From Octopus sinensis (lineage: Eukaryota), in contig NW_021832881.1 in the NCBI RefSeq assembly GCF_006345805.1, forward strand, positions 1 through 29,668: a stretch of 29,668 nt of DNA. Direction: 5' to 3'. The translations under genes and the position numbers were made by a program. Under the pieces are notes generated by a model. The model worked only from the letters and a program-made list of their open reading frames with translations, did not search any database and had not been told where the DNA came from. Every line of letters begins with the position of its first letter. Position 1 is the stretch's first letter. Below, piece after piece: positions 1-12,005 of this stretch.

Positions 1-6
1 CCTCAC

Positions 7-36
7 CTGGTAATACTTCTAATTAACTTTTTAATA
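7..36 (-). CDS. Candidate 30-nt coding microexon of the unidentified minus-strand gene (IKKLIRSIT)
   Basis: Acceptor ttttttcacatttattgcag and donor CAG|GTGAGG. Only the phase-2 frame is open, which matches the phase-2 end of the 3528-3712 exon. Confidence 0.35.
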
Positions 37-444
37 CTGCAATAAATGTGAAAAAATATGACTATTGTTTTTAACAGGTCATTGGTGTTCCTGAATAATA
101 TCTCTGTGTAGTTCATTCTGTAATAAAAGATACAGCGGGTTTATCATGGACGACATCGTATTTATTTTTGGGTGCGCCGTCTATTTCCAACCACAAGTAA
201 AGGCTGACAGATAAACTTCATTGAACTTCATTGACTTCATTTAAAAGAGGTTCATCAAATTGATTGACAAGAACATATTCATCAATTCACACCGGCCTCT
301 AACTAACAGATGCGATGGAATGAGATTATTATTCGCCGACGAATCGGTGCAGCTAACTAGATATTCATTACGCTCGTGCATGCGAGCGCAGAAGTATTCA
401 GATAGAGTGAGAGAGAAGAGAGAAATAAAAAGGAGAGAGACATT

Positions 445-490
<46 letters not shown>

Positions 491-491
<1 letters not shown>

Positions 492-661
492 TAACAATAT
501 AGGATGAAGTCCTTTTCTCTACAGAAAAGGATTCCATCAAAAAGCGTGGCAGTATATTAAAAAAACCATTACGGTGAAGTATAAACATCTTATAATTAAG
601 GGCTAAAGAAGGTTATTCTATAGCCAATACACTGATTTATTCACTTGTTGCTTATTTGGAT

Positions 662-708
<47 letters not shown>

Positions 709-727
709 ATCAAAATAAGCAACAAGT
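491..727. mobile_element. Short TA-flanked element remnant, possibly Penelope-like, with two hairpins
   Basis: Starts with ctaacaatat directly after (TA)n, as does the Penelope-like palindrome at 22044. Hairpin at 503-538. 21-bp inverted repeat (643-663/707-727, one mismatch) around a (TA)n tract. Confidence 0.3.
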
Positions 728-1164
728 ATATCCGAGGTAATGTGTAACGATCGTTTCATGCTACTTCATTTTATTAAACACTGTAAGCATTACATCAGTT
801 TTAAAATGTCGAGCAATCTTCAGTCACCTTTAGAAATTTTACAATCAAACGGACAATGCACATTCTTATCCCTATTTCGTTTGCCAACATTATAAAGAGA
901 GGAGATATACAAACAGAGAGGTTTATTTCATTCTTAAGAACATGATAGCATTAAATCTACTCTCTATAATGTTTATTTATTCGTGTGAAGTCTCGATGAG
1001 TTAGAAGATATTAGAGACATATTTATTCATAACTCGTCAACAAATACAATAACTGTGCGCTTTGTCAAATTAAGACAAACCACCGATGAATTTACTCACA
1101 AGGCAATGCGTCAAAAAACACTTTATGGCATAAAAAAAAATTGTAATTCTCTCTCTCCCTCATT

Positions 1165-1208
<44 letters not shown>

Positions 1209-1808
1209 GAACAATTTAAACACTCTGGATGAGCGACTTAGATTACTAGGGTTGTTCTTCAGTCAATTCTGCGAAGAAAGCCACGTGGTTGAACCAACAT
1301 CGATGAATGTGCGTTTAGTTAGTGGGTAAATTTATTTTGCAACTTATCCAGGCACACCATGTTGCACTGCACTACTTCAGCTTGAATATATTTGTGTGTG
1401 TGTGTGTGTGTGTGTTGGGTATGCGTGTGTATGTGAATGTACGTATGTATGTGTGTATGTATGTGTGCGCGTGCGTATATATGTATGCGTGTATGTGGGG
1501 AAATAAATTAAAAATTAAAATGCATAACTCACTTTTAATAACTGCTGAATCTTCGTTAGGTATATTAAATAACAAATAATAATTGTTTTATCCATTTCAG
1601 ATATATTAAAAATTTTCTCATTTAATACAAACAAGTTTACAGTCTTCGAGCTATTCACGGGGAATGGAATATTTCGCTTGTTGTACTTTTAAGTATCTCT
1701 AAAAGAACGTCAAACTTTGCATCGGTTGTCTTTGCATACGAGTATTCTTTGTAACAAGGTACGCTACCGACAATAATTGTTTGACCAAATATTTAAGTGT
1801 GGCTTATA

Positions 1809-2203
1809 TCTTTGTATATAAAAGTGAGGTTGTGTGCTGTCTGTCTCCTACGATTTAGATTCCTAACTACTCCCACATTTTGCGGTGCAGTTTAACCAAA
1901 ACCGGGTATCTTATAGTCACGATTTATATCGAGCCCTTCTGGGTATTAGCGCACGTCTACGATGAGTTTACGATTTAAAAAAAAATTCTACCATTATTTT
2001 TTCCATTTTAATGCATTTTGTCGCTATTATATAAGGGAAGTAACTCTCTAAAAATGTCTACGATGAGTCAACGATTTAAAAAACAATTTACCATCATTTT
2101 TTTCCATTCAATGCCATTTTTGCTATTTTTGGTATAACTCTCTAAAAATGCTTATATAGTTATTTCCTTTACAAACCCGAGCAACGCCGGGCGATACTGC
2201 TAG
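1809..2203 (+). mobile_element. Non-autonomous Helitron (~395 bp)
   Basis: A|TC 5' end (TCTTTGTATATAAAA). Subterminal hairpin CCCGAGCAACGCCGGG (2176-2191). CTAG|T 3' end. Internal ~101-bp tandem duplication (1955-2055/2056-2150). Confidence 0.75.
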
Positions 2204-2363
2204 TTCTTAGTAAATTTGTTTTTCCTTTCGATGTTGCTCTGTGGCTGAATATTCAAAATTAGTTAAATTCATTCCCGCACCATGTTAATCTGCACACATT
2301 CCTCGCATTGTTACTCGCAGGTTACTCTATGAAGTTTTTTTCATTATTTACTTGATATCTATG

Positions 2364-2734
2364 TTTGCTTACCAGCCACTTGGTCCTAGGTTCAGTCCCA
2401 CCGCGTGACACATAGGCCAAGTATTTTCTGCTATGGCCTCAGGTCGGCCAAAGCCTCGTGATTAGATTTGGAAGACGGAAACTGAAAGAAATCCGCCGTT
2501 TATATATATATACATGTGTGTGTTTGTGTTTGTTACCCCACCATCGCTTGACAACTGATGTTGGTGTGTTTACGTCCCGTAACTTAGATGTACATCAAAA
2601 GATGCCGATAGGATAAGGCTAACAAAGTACTAGGCTAACAAAGAATAAGTCTTGGAGTCGATCTCTTCGACTGAAGGCGGAACTCCAGCATGGCCGCAGT
2701 CAAGTGATTGAAACAAGTAAAAGAATAAAAGAAT
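2364..2734 (+). mobile_element. tRNA-derived SINE, family B (internal TA/TG tract, RTE-like tail), 5'-eroded
   Basis: B box ggttcagtccc and tail ggcggaactccagcatggccgcagtcaagtgattgaaacaagtaaaagaa. Colinear with the copies at 2828-3241 and 12627-13077. Confidence 0.85.
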
Positions 2735-2827
2735 ATAAAAAAACATCAGTCTTTTGTGTTGTAACATTACGGTTTGTCCAATGTAGTTTTCCAGATATCT
2801 GAAACACGTTATTGCATAATAGAGCTC

Positions 2828-3241
2828 GTTGTTTCAGTCATTTGACTGCGGCCATGCTGGAGCACCGCCTTTTTAGTCGAACAAATCGACCCCAGGACTT
2901 ATTATTTGTAAGCCTAGTACTTATTCTATCGGTCTCTTTTGCCGAATTGCTAAGTTACGGAGACGTAAACACACCAGCATCGGTTGTCAAGCGATGTTGG
3001 AGGGACAAACACAGAAACACACACAAACACACACACACACACACACCAACACACACACCATATATATATATATATATATATATACGACGGGCTTCTTTCA
3101 GTTTCCGTCTACCAAATCCACTCACAAGGCTTTGGTCAGCCCGAGGCTATAGTAGAAGTCCAAGGTGCCACGCAGTGGGACTGAACCCGGAACTATGTGG
3201 TTGGTAAGCAAGCTACTTACCACACAGCCACTCCTGCGCCT
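2828..3241 (-). mobile_element. tRNA-derived SINE, family B, near full length
   Basis: Minus strand has A-box-like tggctgtgtgg, B box gggttcagtccc, an internal microsatellite and the tail ggcggtgctccagcatggccgcagtcaaatgactgaaac. Confidence 0.9.
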
Positions 3242-3527
3242 GTGATGACTTGTTGATTTTCCAGAATTTTATTCAAGTTATTGATCTCATAGAATATGAT
3301 TTACAAGATCAAAGTTGTGGTTTAATATTCCAACATTTCTTAAGTTAAACGCAAATAAACAGAAGAGAAGTTACCTGGGATTAATTTGGTTTTTAGCTGA
3401 ATGTTAAATATTTTGTTTCCCTAAAATCTTCAATATTTCAGTTTTTCCCAGTCTCTTCCAATTATAATAAGACTTAATGAAAATTATCTTTGAATAAAAA
3501 TGTTTAGCAGTTCATCATCACGTTTAC

Positions 3528-3712
3528 CAGAACTTGCTTCTAATGCGCCAATTCATGTTGCAGGGCTTGACTGGAATGCTCGTTTTTCTGTTTAGAAAGA
3601 CAACATGATGAGATTCTATTCTGAGTCGATGGCTGTAGAGTAGGTGACTAACTTCCCACCTGCCTTCATTATTGAAATACCTAAAAATAGAAGCTTCTCG
3701 TTGAAATTCATC
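3528..3712 (-). CDS. Candidate internal coding exon of an unidentified protein (DEFQREASIFRYFNNEGRWEVSHLLYSHRLRIESHHVVFLNRKTSIPVKPCNMNWRIRSKF)
   Basis: Acceptor ctttcctattaaattcag|G, 61 open codons of ordinary composition, donor TG|GTAAAC. 185 nt, phase 0 to 2, in non-repetitive sequence. Family not recognised. Confidence 0.6.
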
Positions 3713-3908
3713 CTGAATTTAATAGGAAAGTTGACAATGTTGATAAGATTTTTCAAATTCTATAAAATTATCAAAAATTATCATACTTAGAATATCTGGA
3801 GAGTTTTGATATCAAAATTAAAAACATTAAAAAGAAATAACATAAAAAAAAAATAAAAGTAAACGAAAACAATTATTCCTAATCATTTTCCTTTCGGCAT
3901 TTTTTAAC

Positions 3909-4086
3909 ATGATGATGATGATTCAATTCAATTCAATTCAATTCAATTTTTATTGGCTCAAAAAGCAAAAGCAAGGCCATGTAGGGGGACAGAAAGTTAT
4001 GTACAGGGAGGGTGGTCATGATGATGATGAGGAGGAGGAGGAGGGGAAGGTGACAAAGAGCAGGAGCAGAGAGGAGAAGACGAGGT

Positions 4087-4145
<59 letters not shown>

Positions 4146-4440
4146 GTAGTGATGATGATGATGATGCTGATGATGATGGTGATGATGGTGATGATGATGA
4201 TGATGATGAGTGATGATGATGATGATGACAGCGACGGCGACGGCGACTGCGATGATGATTGTTGGCAACGATGACTTTGACAACAATTGCAAAAAAATGT
4301 TCCCAGTGATTCTGTAGTTGGTTCGTGATGACGCTGATGATGACAACACTAACAGCAGCAACAGCTGCATCAGCATCATCACCAGCAGCAACAGCAGCAA
4401 GAGCAACAACAGCAACAGCAGCAGCAACAAAAGCACCACA
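3909..4440. repeat. Compound microsatellite (ATTCA, GAG, GAT, GAC/GGC, CAG/CAA)
   Basis: Read directly from the sequence. Explains the poly-M/D/H/L ORFs. Confidence 0.95.
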
Positions 4441-5069
4441 AACCGTACAGTATTGTTATTTTCTCCCTAATTATACAAACTGTGTACATCATGAGTATGG
4501 GCCTCTCTGTGAGTGTGTGTGTGTGTTTGTGTAGATGTGAGTTATGTTTGTATGTGTTTATACTTTTTCTTGTATACGGCTGGCTTTGAAAGCATGCTGT
4601 ATGCTTATGGGCGTGTATATACGTGTATGTGCGTGCACATGTAAAGATTAATTCGCGGAATCACTCTGTACAATATTCAATATGTGTATGTATGTATATA
4701 ATATATGTATATGTGTGTGTGTGTATATCTCTTAGCATGAATGTATATGTGTATGTACGTACGTATGTATGTATGTATGTATTTATGTATGCATAGATGC
4801 ATGTATGTATGCATATATTGATGCATGCATGTATGTACATATATATATATATACGTTAATGTGTCTGTTGAACTCTGTGTATGTACGTATGTGCCTAAGG
4901 ATGTATATATCGTTCTATGCCAGTATCAACTATAGATAATCACACATATTCATATATCTATATGTGCTTGTATGTGTATGTGTATGTATTATTGTATATG
5001 TGTATATTGTGAGTGTGGACGTATGTATTATCCATATATGTAATATAGATATTTTCTATTCAAAGCTCA

Positions 5070-5243
5070 ATGTCCCCAATTTTTTTTTGGGGTGGGGGGG
5101 GGCAGCCGATTAAATCGACCTCAGTGCGCAACTGGTATTTAATTTATCGACCCCGAAAGGATGAAAGGCAAAGCCGACTGCGGCGGAATTTGAACTCAGA
5201 ACGTAAAGACAGGCGAAATACTTCTAAGCATTTCGCCAGCGTG
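5070..5243 (-). mobile_element. tRNA-derived SINE, family A, 5'-eroded
   Basis: Reverse complement of acgttctgagttcaaattccgccgcagtcggctttgcctttcatcctttcggggtcgataaattaaataccagttgcgcactgaggtcgat. Matches the copy at 16589. Confidence 0.85.
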
Positions 5244-5244
5244 A

Positions 5245-5261
5245 ATATGTATGTCTGTGGG

Positions 5262-5307
<46 letters not shown>

Positions 5308-6125
5308 CAAAGAGACAGACAGAGAGAGAACTAACGCGATACACCTTATATCTCTGAATATATTGCAGAATGTGTGTATGTATGTATGTATGTATGTATG
5401 TATGTATGTATGTATGTATGTATGTATGTATGTATGTATGTATGAATGTATGCATGTATGTATTATGTAAGTTTGTATGTGTATGTATTATGTATGCACG
5501 CATGCATGTATGTATGTGTACGCATGAATGTATGTAATTATGTATGTGTGTATGTATTATGTATGCGTGTATGTATGTGTGTATGCATCTATGCATATAT
5601 GTATGTGTGTGCATGTATGTATGTTTGTATATGTGTACAGATGGATGCATGCATGCATGTATTTATGTATACGTCGGTTTGTCTGTGGAATTTTGTGTGT
5701 GTAAGTGTACCTAAGAATGTATGTCTCTGTGCTTATATATGTATGAATGCATATGTAATTTCGCGTCGGTAGCTGTGAGTATGTGCGTGTGTTTGTATCT
5801 GTGTGTGTGTGTGTGGGAGAAAGAGAGCGAGAGAGAGAAAGACAGAGAGAGGCAGAAAGAGAGAACTAATGTAATGAACCTTATGTATATGAATATGTAG
5901 CAAAATGTGTGTATATATGTATGCGTATATGTTTGTAATTATTTATGTATGTACGCATTTATGTATGTATCCACGTATGTATGCATGCATGTATGTTCGT
6001 CTTTATATATGCGCATGTATGTAAGTACGCTTGTATGTATTTATGTACTGCGTACGTACGTTTGTATGCATGTATATATGCGTCTATATATGTATTCATG
6101 CATTTATGCATGTATGTATGTGGCT
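5245..6125. repeat. (GA)n/(TATG)n compound microsatellite present as a diverged ~535-bp tandem duplication
   Basis: The spacer gagaactaa...accttat...tgaatat...gca.aatgtgtgtat occurs at ~5324-5378 and ~5858-5912, each time between a GA tract and a TATG tract. Confidence 0.7.
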
Positions 6126-6490
6126 AATGCGCGTTGTTAAATGGCGGCCGATCGGATAGTTTTCCTTAAGTAGCTACATCATTAGAATGACATCCAATGG
6201 TGCATGCTACTGCAACTACGACGTGTGCATGTAGATAGCTTCATTAATTAGACACCTCTAACAGCGATTCACACCTGAAGCAATTTATCTACCACCTGAT
6301 TTAACTTGCTCTCCAGCAGTGGGTACAGTTGCTCATACAGCCACGTATAATACACACATGATTCGCAACAATTTCACATTAATTCACTTAGATTATTGTT
6401 ATTATTGTTGTTGTAGTTGTTATTGTTGTTGTAGTTGTTATTGTTGTTGTTCTTCTTCTTCTTCATCTTCTTCTTCTTCTTCTTCTTCTT

Positions 6491-6522
<32 letters not shown>

Positions 6523-6648
6523 CATCATTATTGCCATTAGTTTTGCTATTATGATTGCTGGTATATTCTTTCGGAATTTGTGATTTGTTTTTCTCAAGTA
6601 ATCAATATATTGTGCGTGAGTGTATGTATGTATATATATATATATTAG

Positions 6649-6699
<51 letters not shown>

Positions 6700-7269
6700 A
6701 TGTATGTATGTATGTATGTATGTATATATACGCACATATAAATGCACGTATGTTTCTATGTCCATATACATGTGCTTGTGTGTGTGTATGTGTGTGACTA
6801 ATTTGTGATGACTTGCAATATTTTTTCGATACGTAATAGTCGAAGGGGTAAAAACACATTATTATTATTATTATTGTTCTTGTTGGTTTTGTTGTTATCT
6901 TTTCCTCCTCGCAGTCCTCCTCTTCCTCCACCTCCACCTCCTTCGCCTCCACCTCTCCTCCTCCTCCTCCTCCTCCTTCTTCTCTTCCTCCTATTTTTTT
7001 TATCATTACTGTTTGCCGTTAAAGGGCAAATTTTGAGATTTTAAATTTGCAAAAATTAATAGTTTAAAACAAAAAAAAATATCATTATGGCTTGGCAGAT
7101 AGGGGAAAGCGTTGGCTGTTGGAATAACCGCTATAACAATGTTTTCCGACCACTAGTTGATATGGTCTAACCACGCAGGCAAAGACAGCAGCAACAGCAG
7201 CAACAGCAACAATAGCAACAGCTTTCATAGCAGAGCAAGACATGTTTAAAAATGCTGCGGGCACGTCTA

Positions 7270-7317
7270 CTACCACTGTTGTTGTTGTTGTTGTTATCAT
7301 CATCATTATCATTATTA

Positions 7318-7380
<63 letters not shown>

Positions 7381-7444
7381 GATTATTATTATTATTATTA
7401 CTATTATTATCATCATTATTATTATATTGTTGTTGTTGTTGTTG

Positions 7445-7478
<34 letters not shown>

Positions 7479-7497
7479 CATCATCATTATTATGATT
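7270..7497. repeat. (GTT)/(ATT)n microsatellite
   Basis: Read directly from the sequence. Confidence 0.95.
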
Positions 7498-7610
7498 GAG
7501 TGAGAGAGCAGTGCATGCCATCAAAGTGACACTGGGGTTAAATATACGAAGCCCAGTATACCCATCATGACTACCCGTCTGATAAGGGTACGCCAAGCAT
7601 GTGCATCACA
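7498..7610 (-). mobile_element. Probable 3' end of a non-LTR retroelement with a (TAA)n tail
   Basis: Unique-looking sequence abuts the ATT array, giving a TAA tail on the minus strand, the same geometry as the R4/Dong element at 23550-24577. No coding part is present, so the call is inference. Confidence 0.4.
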
Positions 7611-7639
7611 ATCGTTGGCTACGTAGAGAACAAATTTGT

Positions 7640-8290
7640 GACTTGCTCAGTCGACTGGGCCGATGACTACACTCTTCTTGCACAGGATATAGAAACAGCA
7701 CATAAAATGTTACATGCACGCGAAACTGCAGCTGCACAAATATGCCAATGTCAGTAAGACTGTATACATGGGCTGTAACGTAATAGGGGATATCTGCGTT
7801 TGAATGGAACCAATTTGAAGATGGTTGAATACTTTACTTATCCGGAAAATGGCTTTGCTTTAACAGGAAATGACGTCCAGGTAAGAATTGTGAAAGCATG
7901 GAATGCCCTAGACAGACTTAGAACTAAATTGCAAATCTCCCTTTCTGAAAAACATGTAGTGTGGTTTCTTTAAAGCTACCACTGAATAAGTGCTTCCCTA
8001 TGGCTTTTCAACATGGACAATGGAAAAAATCTTCAAAAGAAGCTTGATGGTTCATACAGGTGAATGCTTTATGCAGTCCTCAATCATTCTTGGCAGCAGC
8101 ACCCTAAAAATCACATACTTTAAGATCTCTAAAACTGCATCTATATACTCAAAGCAATAAAGGAGGTAAACCTGTCCTATGTGTGGGACGATATCTCCTG
8201 CATCGACTGTTGTGGAGAATATGGAACCATATATCTGATTTTCAAAACTGAGGACTGGGGCAAAACAGTCCGAACTGGTGATTCATAAAC
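7640..8290 (+). mobile_element. Decayed RTE/RTE-X-type LINE, RT catalytic-to-thumb region
   Basis: Pieces across frameshifts and stops: WADDYTLLAQD (YADD motif), ANVSKTVYM, LNGTNLKMVEYFTY, DVQVRIVKAWNAL, FFKATTE*VLPYGFSTWTM, KKLDGSYR*MLYAVLNHSWQQHP. Confidence 0.85.
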
Positions 8291-8299
8291 CAGTCTATA

Positions 8300-8520
8300 G
8301 TTAAATGTCACAGAACCTAGAAGACGTAAAAACTGGGTGACCAAGAAGGCTAACCCTTAGCTTCACGTCTGTGTTCGTGAACTGATGCTTTATTGAACTG
8401 GCGACTTATAAAATAATATATATGGTCAAATGTCACAGAACATAGGATGATGTAAAGCTCGGACGACCATGAATGCTGACCCTTAACTTACGTTTTTGTT
8501 CGTGAACGGATGCTTTGCTG
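8300..8520 (+). repeat. Diverged direct repeat, two ~96-bp units at 125-bp period
   Basis: gttaaatgtcacagaac...gttcgtgaactgatgcttt (8300-8395) versus gtcaaatgtcacagaac...gttcgtgaacggatgcttt (8425-8520). Confidence 0.8.
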
Positions 8521-9060
8521 GATGATGTCGAACAGGTGTTTCACGCGCAAATGGATTCGTCTGTCAGAAGACTCTATCGTTATGATCGATCCGCCTCTTT
8601 GCAAGCTAGACACAGTAGTTTTCTCCTGCTCGGTGACTCAAGTGAAGCAAGCTACTTGGTGGGACGGAGTTGAAAGGATTGAAGACAGCTTTTCTTACAG
8701 GTAAACTTCTCATCAACGTCACCAAGAACTATCTGGAGATGAAAGTAAGAATTGAAAGGATGGCGATGATCTCTAATAAATTTCATGAAAGCAGGAGAGG
8801 TGCGATTGACGGAATTGGCGCAACTAAATAGCCCATGTAAAATACGCGACTTTAAATTGGTTGCATGTCATGAGGTCCCGATGTTAAGGAATAGTATCCG
8901 TTCCAGCTGAATTAAAGTATAACTTGTACAGGGAGGAATTTGAACAGAGAACACATAAGAATGAATCTAAATGTTGTAAAGAATACAGGTCGGTGCTCTA
9001 GTTGGGTTTTTTATCTCATTGTTCTAAACAAATTTCTAAGGTATGCATAATGAATATTGA

Positions 9061-9234
9061 TTTTAAATTTTGGCACAAGATCAGTATTTAGGGGGAGGGG
9101 ATAAGCGGATTACATCGATTACAGTGTTTAATTGGTACGTATCGACCCCGAAAGGATGAAATATGAAGTCGACCGCGGCGGAATTTGAACTCAGAACGTA
9201 GAGACGGACAAAGTGCCACTGAACATTTTGACTC
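9061..9234 (-). mobile_element. SINE family A, 5'-eroded
   Basis: Plus strand shows cgaccccgaaaggatgaa...ggcggaatttgaactcagaacgt and the tail aaattttggcacaag. Confidence 0.85.
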
Positions 9235-10183
9235 ATAATAAATATTAATTCTTCATACACATATATTCATATATAAACACACATAGACATTCACAGATAC
9301 ACGAACATAATCGCACATCAGCAAATATACTTGCACACACCAAATTCAGTCACACACACACACAACACACTAACATACACGCACGCACACACACACACAC
9401 AAACACACAACACGCAAACATACACGCACGCACATACGCACACACACAAGCATACACGCACGCACAGCACACACACACGCACAAACATACACGCCCACAC
9501 ACACACATAATCACACAAATGCGTTACAGAACCGAAACAGACCATCCCATGCACGACTTAGGAGCCAAGACGGAGATCCACCTTGGGACGTAATGGCGTC
9601 GTCATACACCGAATATACGACATGTATATAACGTACACTGCGTACACATTTTACACTCCGTACACTAAACGAACTCAATACACACCGTATACTTTACATT
9701 CTGCCCAGATTTGATTTTTTAAAAGTCATCATTGTTATTATTTTAATTGTTTTATTATTGTTATATTTATTTTTTCTTTTCCTTTTAACACAAAACTCTT
9801 CCAACTTAAATGCGTGAGTGCTTATAAGCTATTATCGGTGATGTTATTGTTGTTGTTTTTCGGAAGGTTAATCCTTTTCCAGTAGACCTAGGGTCAAAGG
9901 TGTTGCTACGGAACAATTTTCCACCTTTTATTTTTAGACATTATATATAACGGACTACAACACGGATTACGTGTAGTCTCATTTTTCAGACATTGGGATG
10001 TGATGATATAAGAGAAATATTTGGTTGCTATTTCTCGCAGGTGGAATGACCACGTAGAAGCAAATTCCTTAGCTTGCACTCCTTCACTTTTTCGTACGTA
10101 TGAAACATTGAAATGTAATGTGTTAAGCGCGCGCGATTTTTAGAGAGAGAGAGAGAAACAGAGAGAGAGAGAGAGGGAGAGGT

Positions 10184-10218
<35 letters not shown>

Positions 10219-10705
10219 TTTATAGAATTACTTAAAGATCTGTTATTGTTTAACAAATGAAGTCATCATTTGTTTCCGGTTGAATGTTTATTCAATATCG
10301 GATAAATATAATTATATTACACACACATACACACACACACACACACAACGACTCGCTTTGTACCGTTTTGTTCTCTCGTTCTATTCTCGGCTGTTTTCTT
10401 AAGTGATATTATATATTGTTTGATTGCTTAATAATCAGCATCTGCTAGAGGAATTGTTTAGGCGTCTTCCTCAAACACAGTGTAGGCTTTCACAAATTAA
10501 AGCCACATTATGTGGTAAGACGGGCATGTAAGCAAATGCACTCGGAAAGCCATTACATTTCCTTATATATATACGTGTATGTGTGTGTGTGTATATATAT
10601 ATATGTGTGTGTGTGTGTGTGGGTGTGTGAATGTATAAATGATTTATATATATATATGTATGTGTGTGTATGTATAAATATCATATATAAGCATATATAT
10701 GTTAT

Positions 10706-10748
<43 letters not shown>

Positions 10749-10819
10749 CCTATATATATATATATACCTATATATAGATATACCTATATATATACCTACA
10801 TATATAACGCATATCTATA

Positions 10820-10856
<37 letters not shown>

Positions 10857-11654
10857 CATACATTTATATATAACGCACACACATAAATATATTTATGTAT
10901 GTATGTTTATATATATATATATATGTGGTGTGTGGTGTGTGTGTGTGTGTGTGTGTGTGTGTGGTATGCGTGTGTATGTGTGTATGTGTGTGTGTATGTG
11001 TGTGTGTATGTATTTTGTTTTTATATTGTGTATGGTTTTACTTTCTTCTCAAATATACACTTTTATAAAAACGTAAGCAATAATTATGTATACATTTTTT
11101 CTCTCTTATTCTCAGTTACTAATATTGTTGTTTAAATACGTTATTAATTTAAATGAAATGTCTCCATAGATTAGTTTATTTGTCTGCTTTGATAATTCTA
11201 TTGAGATTAAGCATTAGTAACAAATTTGCCAGTATCCGATGAAACATTTGTTTCTTTATGTCTTAACAATATATGCATAAATACACAGACACACCCATCT
11301 ATGTATCCATGCACACAGACACACACACTCACACACACAAACATATGTATGTATGTATATATGTATTCAGATAAAGCATTGTTAATATAACCATAGGCAA
11401 GAATTAATTTGTGAATCAGAGAGTACAAGGCCAATCGGTGTAAGGGAATATTAGAGTTAAATTGTCATGTGTATATTAAATGTACTCTATTTGATGATAC
11501 AACTGCGCCTGGGCATCTTAGATGTATACCATTTGCTATAGTGCATATTCAGGAGAAAATGTTTCTTAGTGCAATAAAACATGAAAAATTGGTTTCAAGT
11601 GTTGGTGTAAGACTAGCGATTATGGAAGAAATGGGTAAGTCGATTAGATAGACC

Positions 11655-11760
11655 TCCAGGGCTCAAATGGTATCAATTTTACCGATTCCGAAAGCATAAA
11701 AGGCAAAAGCGACTCCGGTGGCATTTGAACCAAAATCGTAAAACCGAAAGAAAAGCTGCT
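11655..11760 (-). mobile_element. Degenerate SINE family A fragment
   Basis: ccgattccgaaagcataaaaggcaaaagcgactccggtggcatttgaacc resembles the family A reverse complement. Confidence 0.55.
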
Positions 11761-11775
11761 ATTTAAAGCAATTTA

Positions 11776-11990
11776 AGGCGGAGCGCTGGCAGAATGGTTA
11801 GCACGCTAAGCGAAATGCTTACTGGCATTTAGTCCGTCTTCACGTTCTGAGTTCAAATTCCGTTGAGGTCGACTTTACATTTCATACTTTATGGTCGATA
11901 AAATGAGTACCAGTTGAGTACTGGGGTCAATGCAATCGACTTATTCACTCCATCGAAATTTCTGGCCCTGTGCCAAAATTTAAAAGCAAT
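11776..11990 (+). mobile_element. SINE family A, full length, with a putative 15-bp target-site duplication
   Basis: A box tggcagaatggt, B box gagttcaaattcc, tail ccctgtgccaaaatttaaaag. Flanked by atttaaagcaattta (11761-11775) and atttaaagcaatcta (11991-12005). Confidence 0.9.
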
Positions 11991-12005
11991 ATTTAAAGCA
12001 ATCTA

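Noticed and set aside
3909-4439. Poly-Met/Asp/His/Leu ORFs
   Set aside because: Trinucleotide microsatellites with no splice or domain support.
8510-8704. 64-aa plus-strand ORF ending at CAG|GTAAAC
   Set aside because: Begins inside the 125-bp duplication, has a weak acceptor and no recognisable protein.
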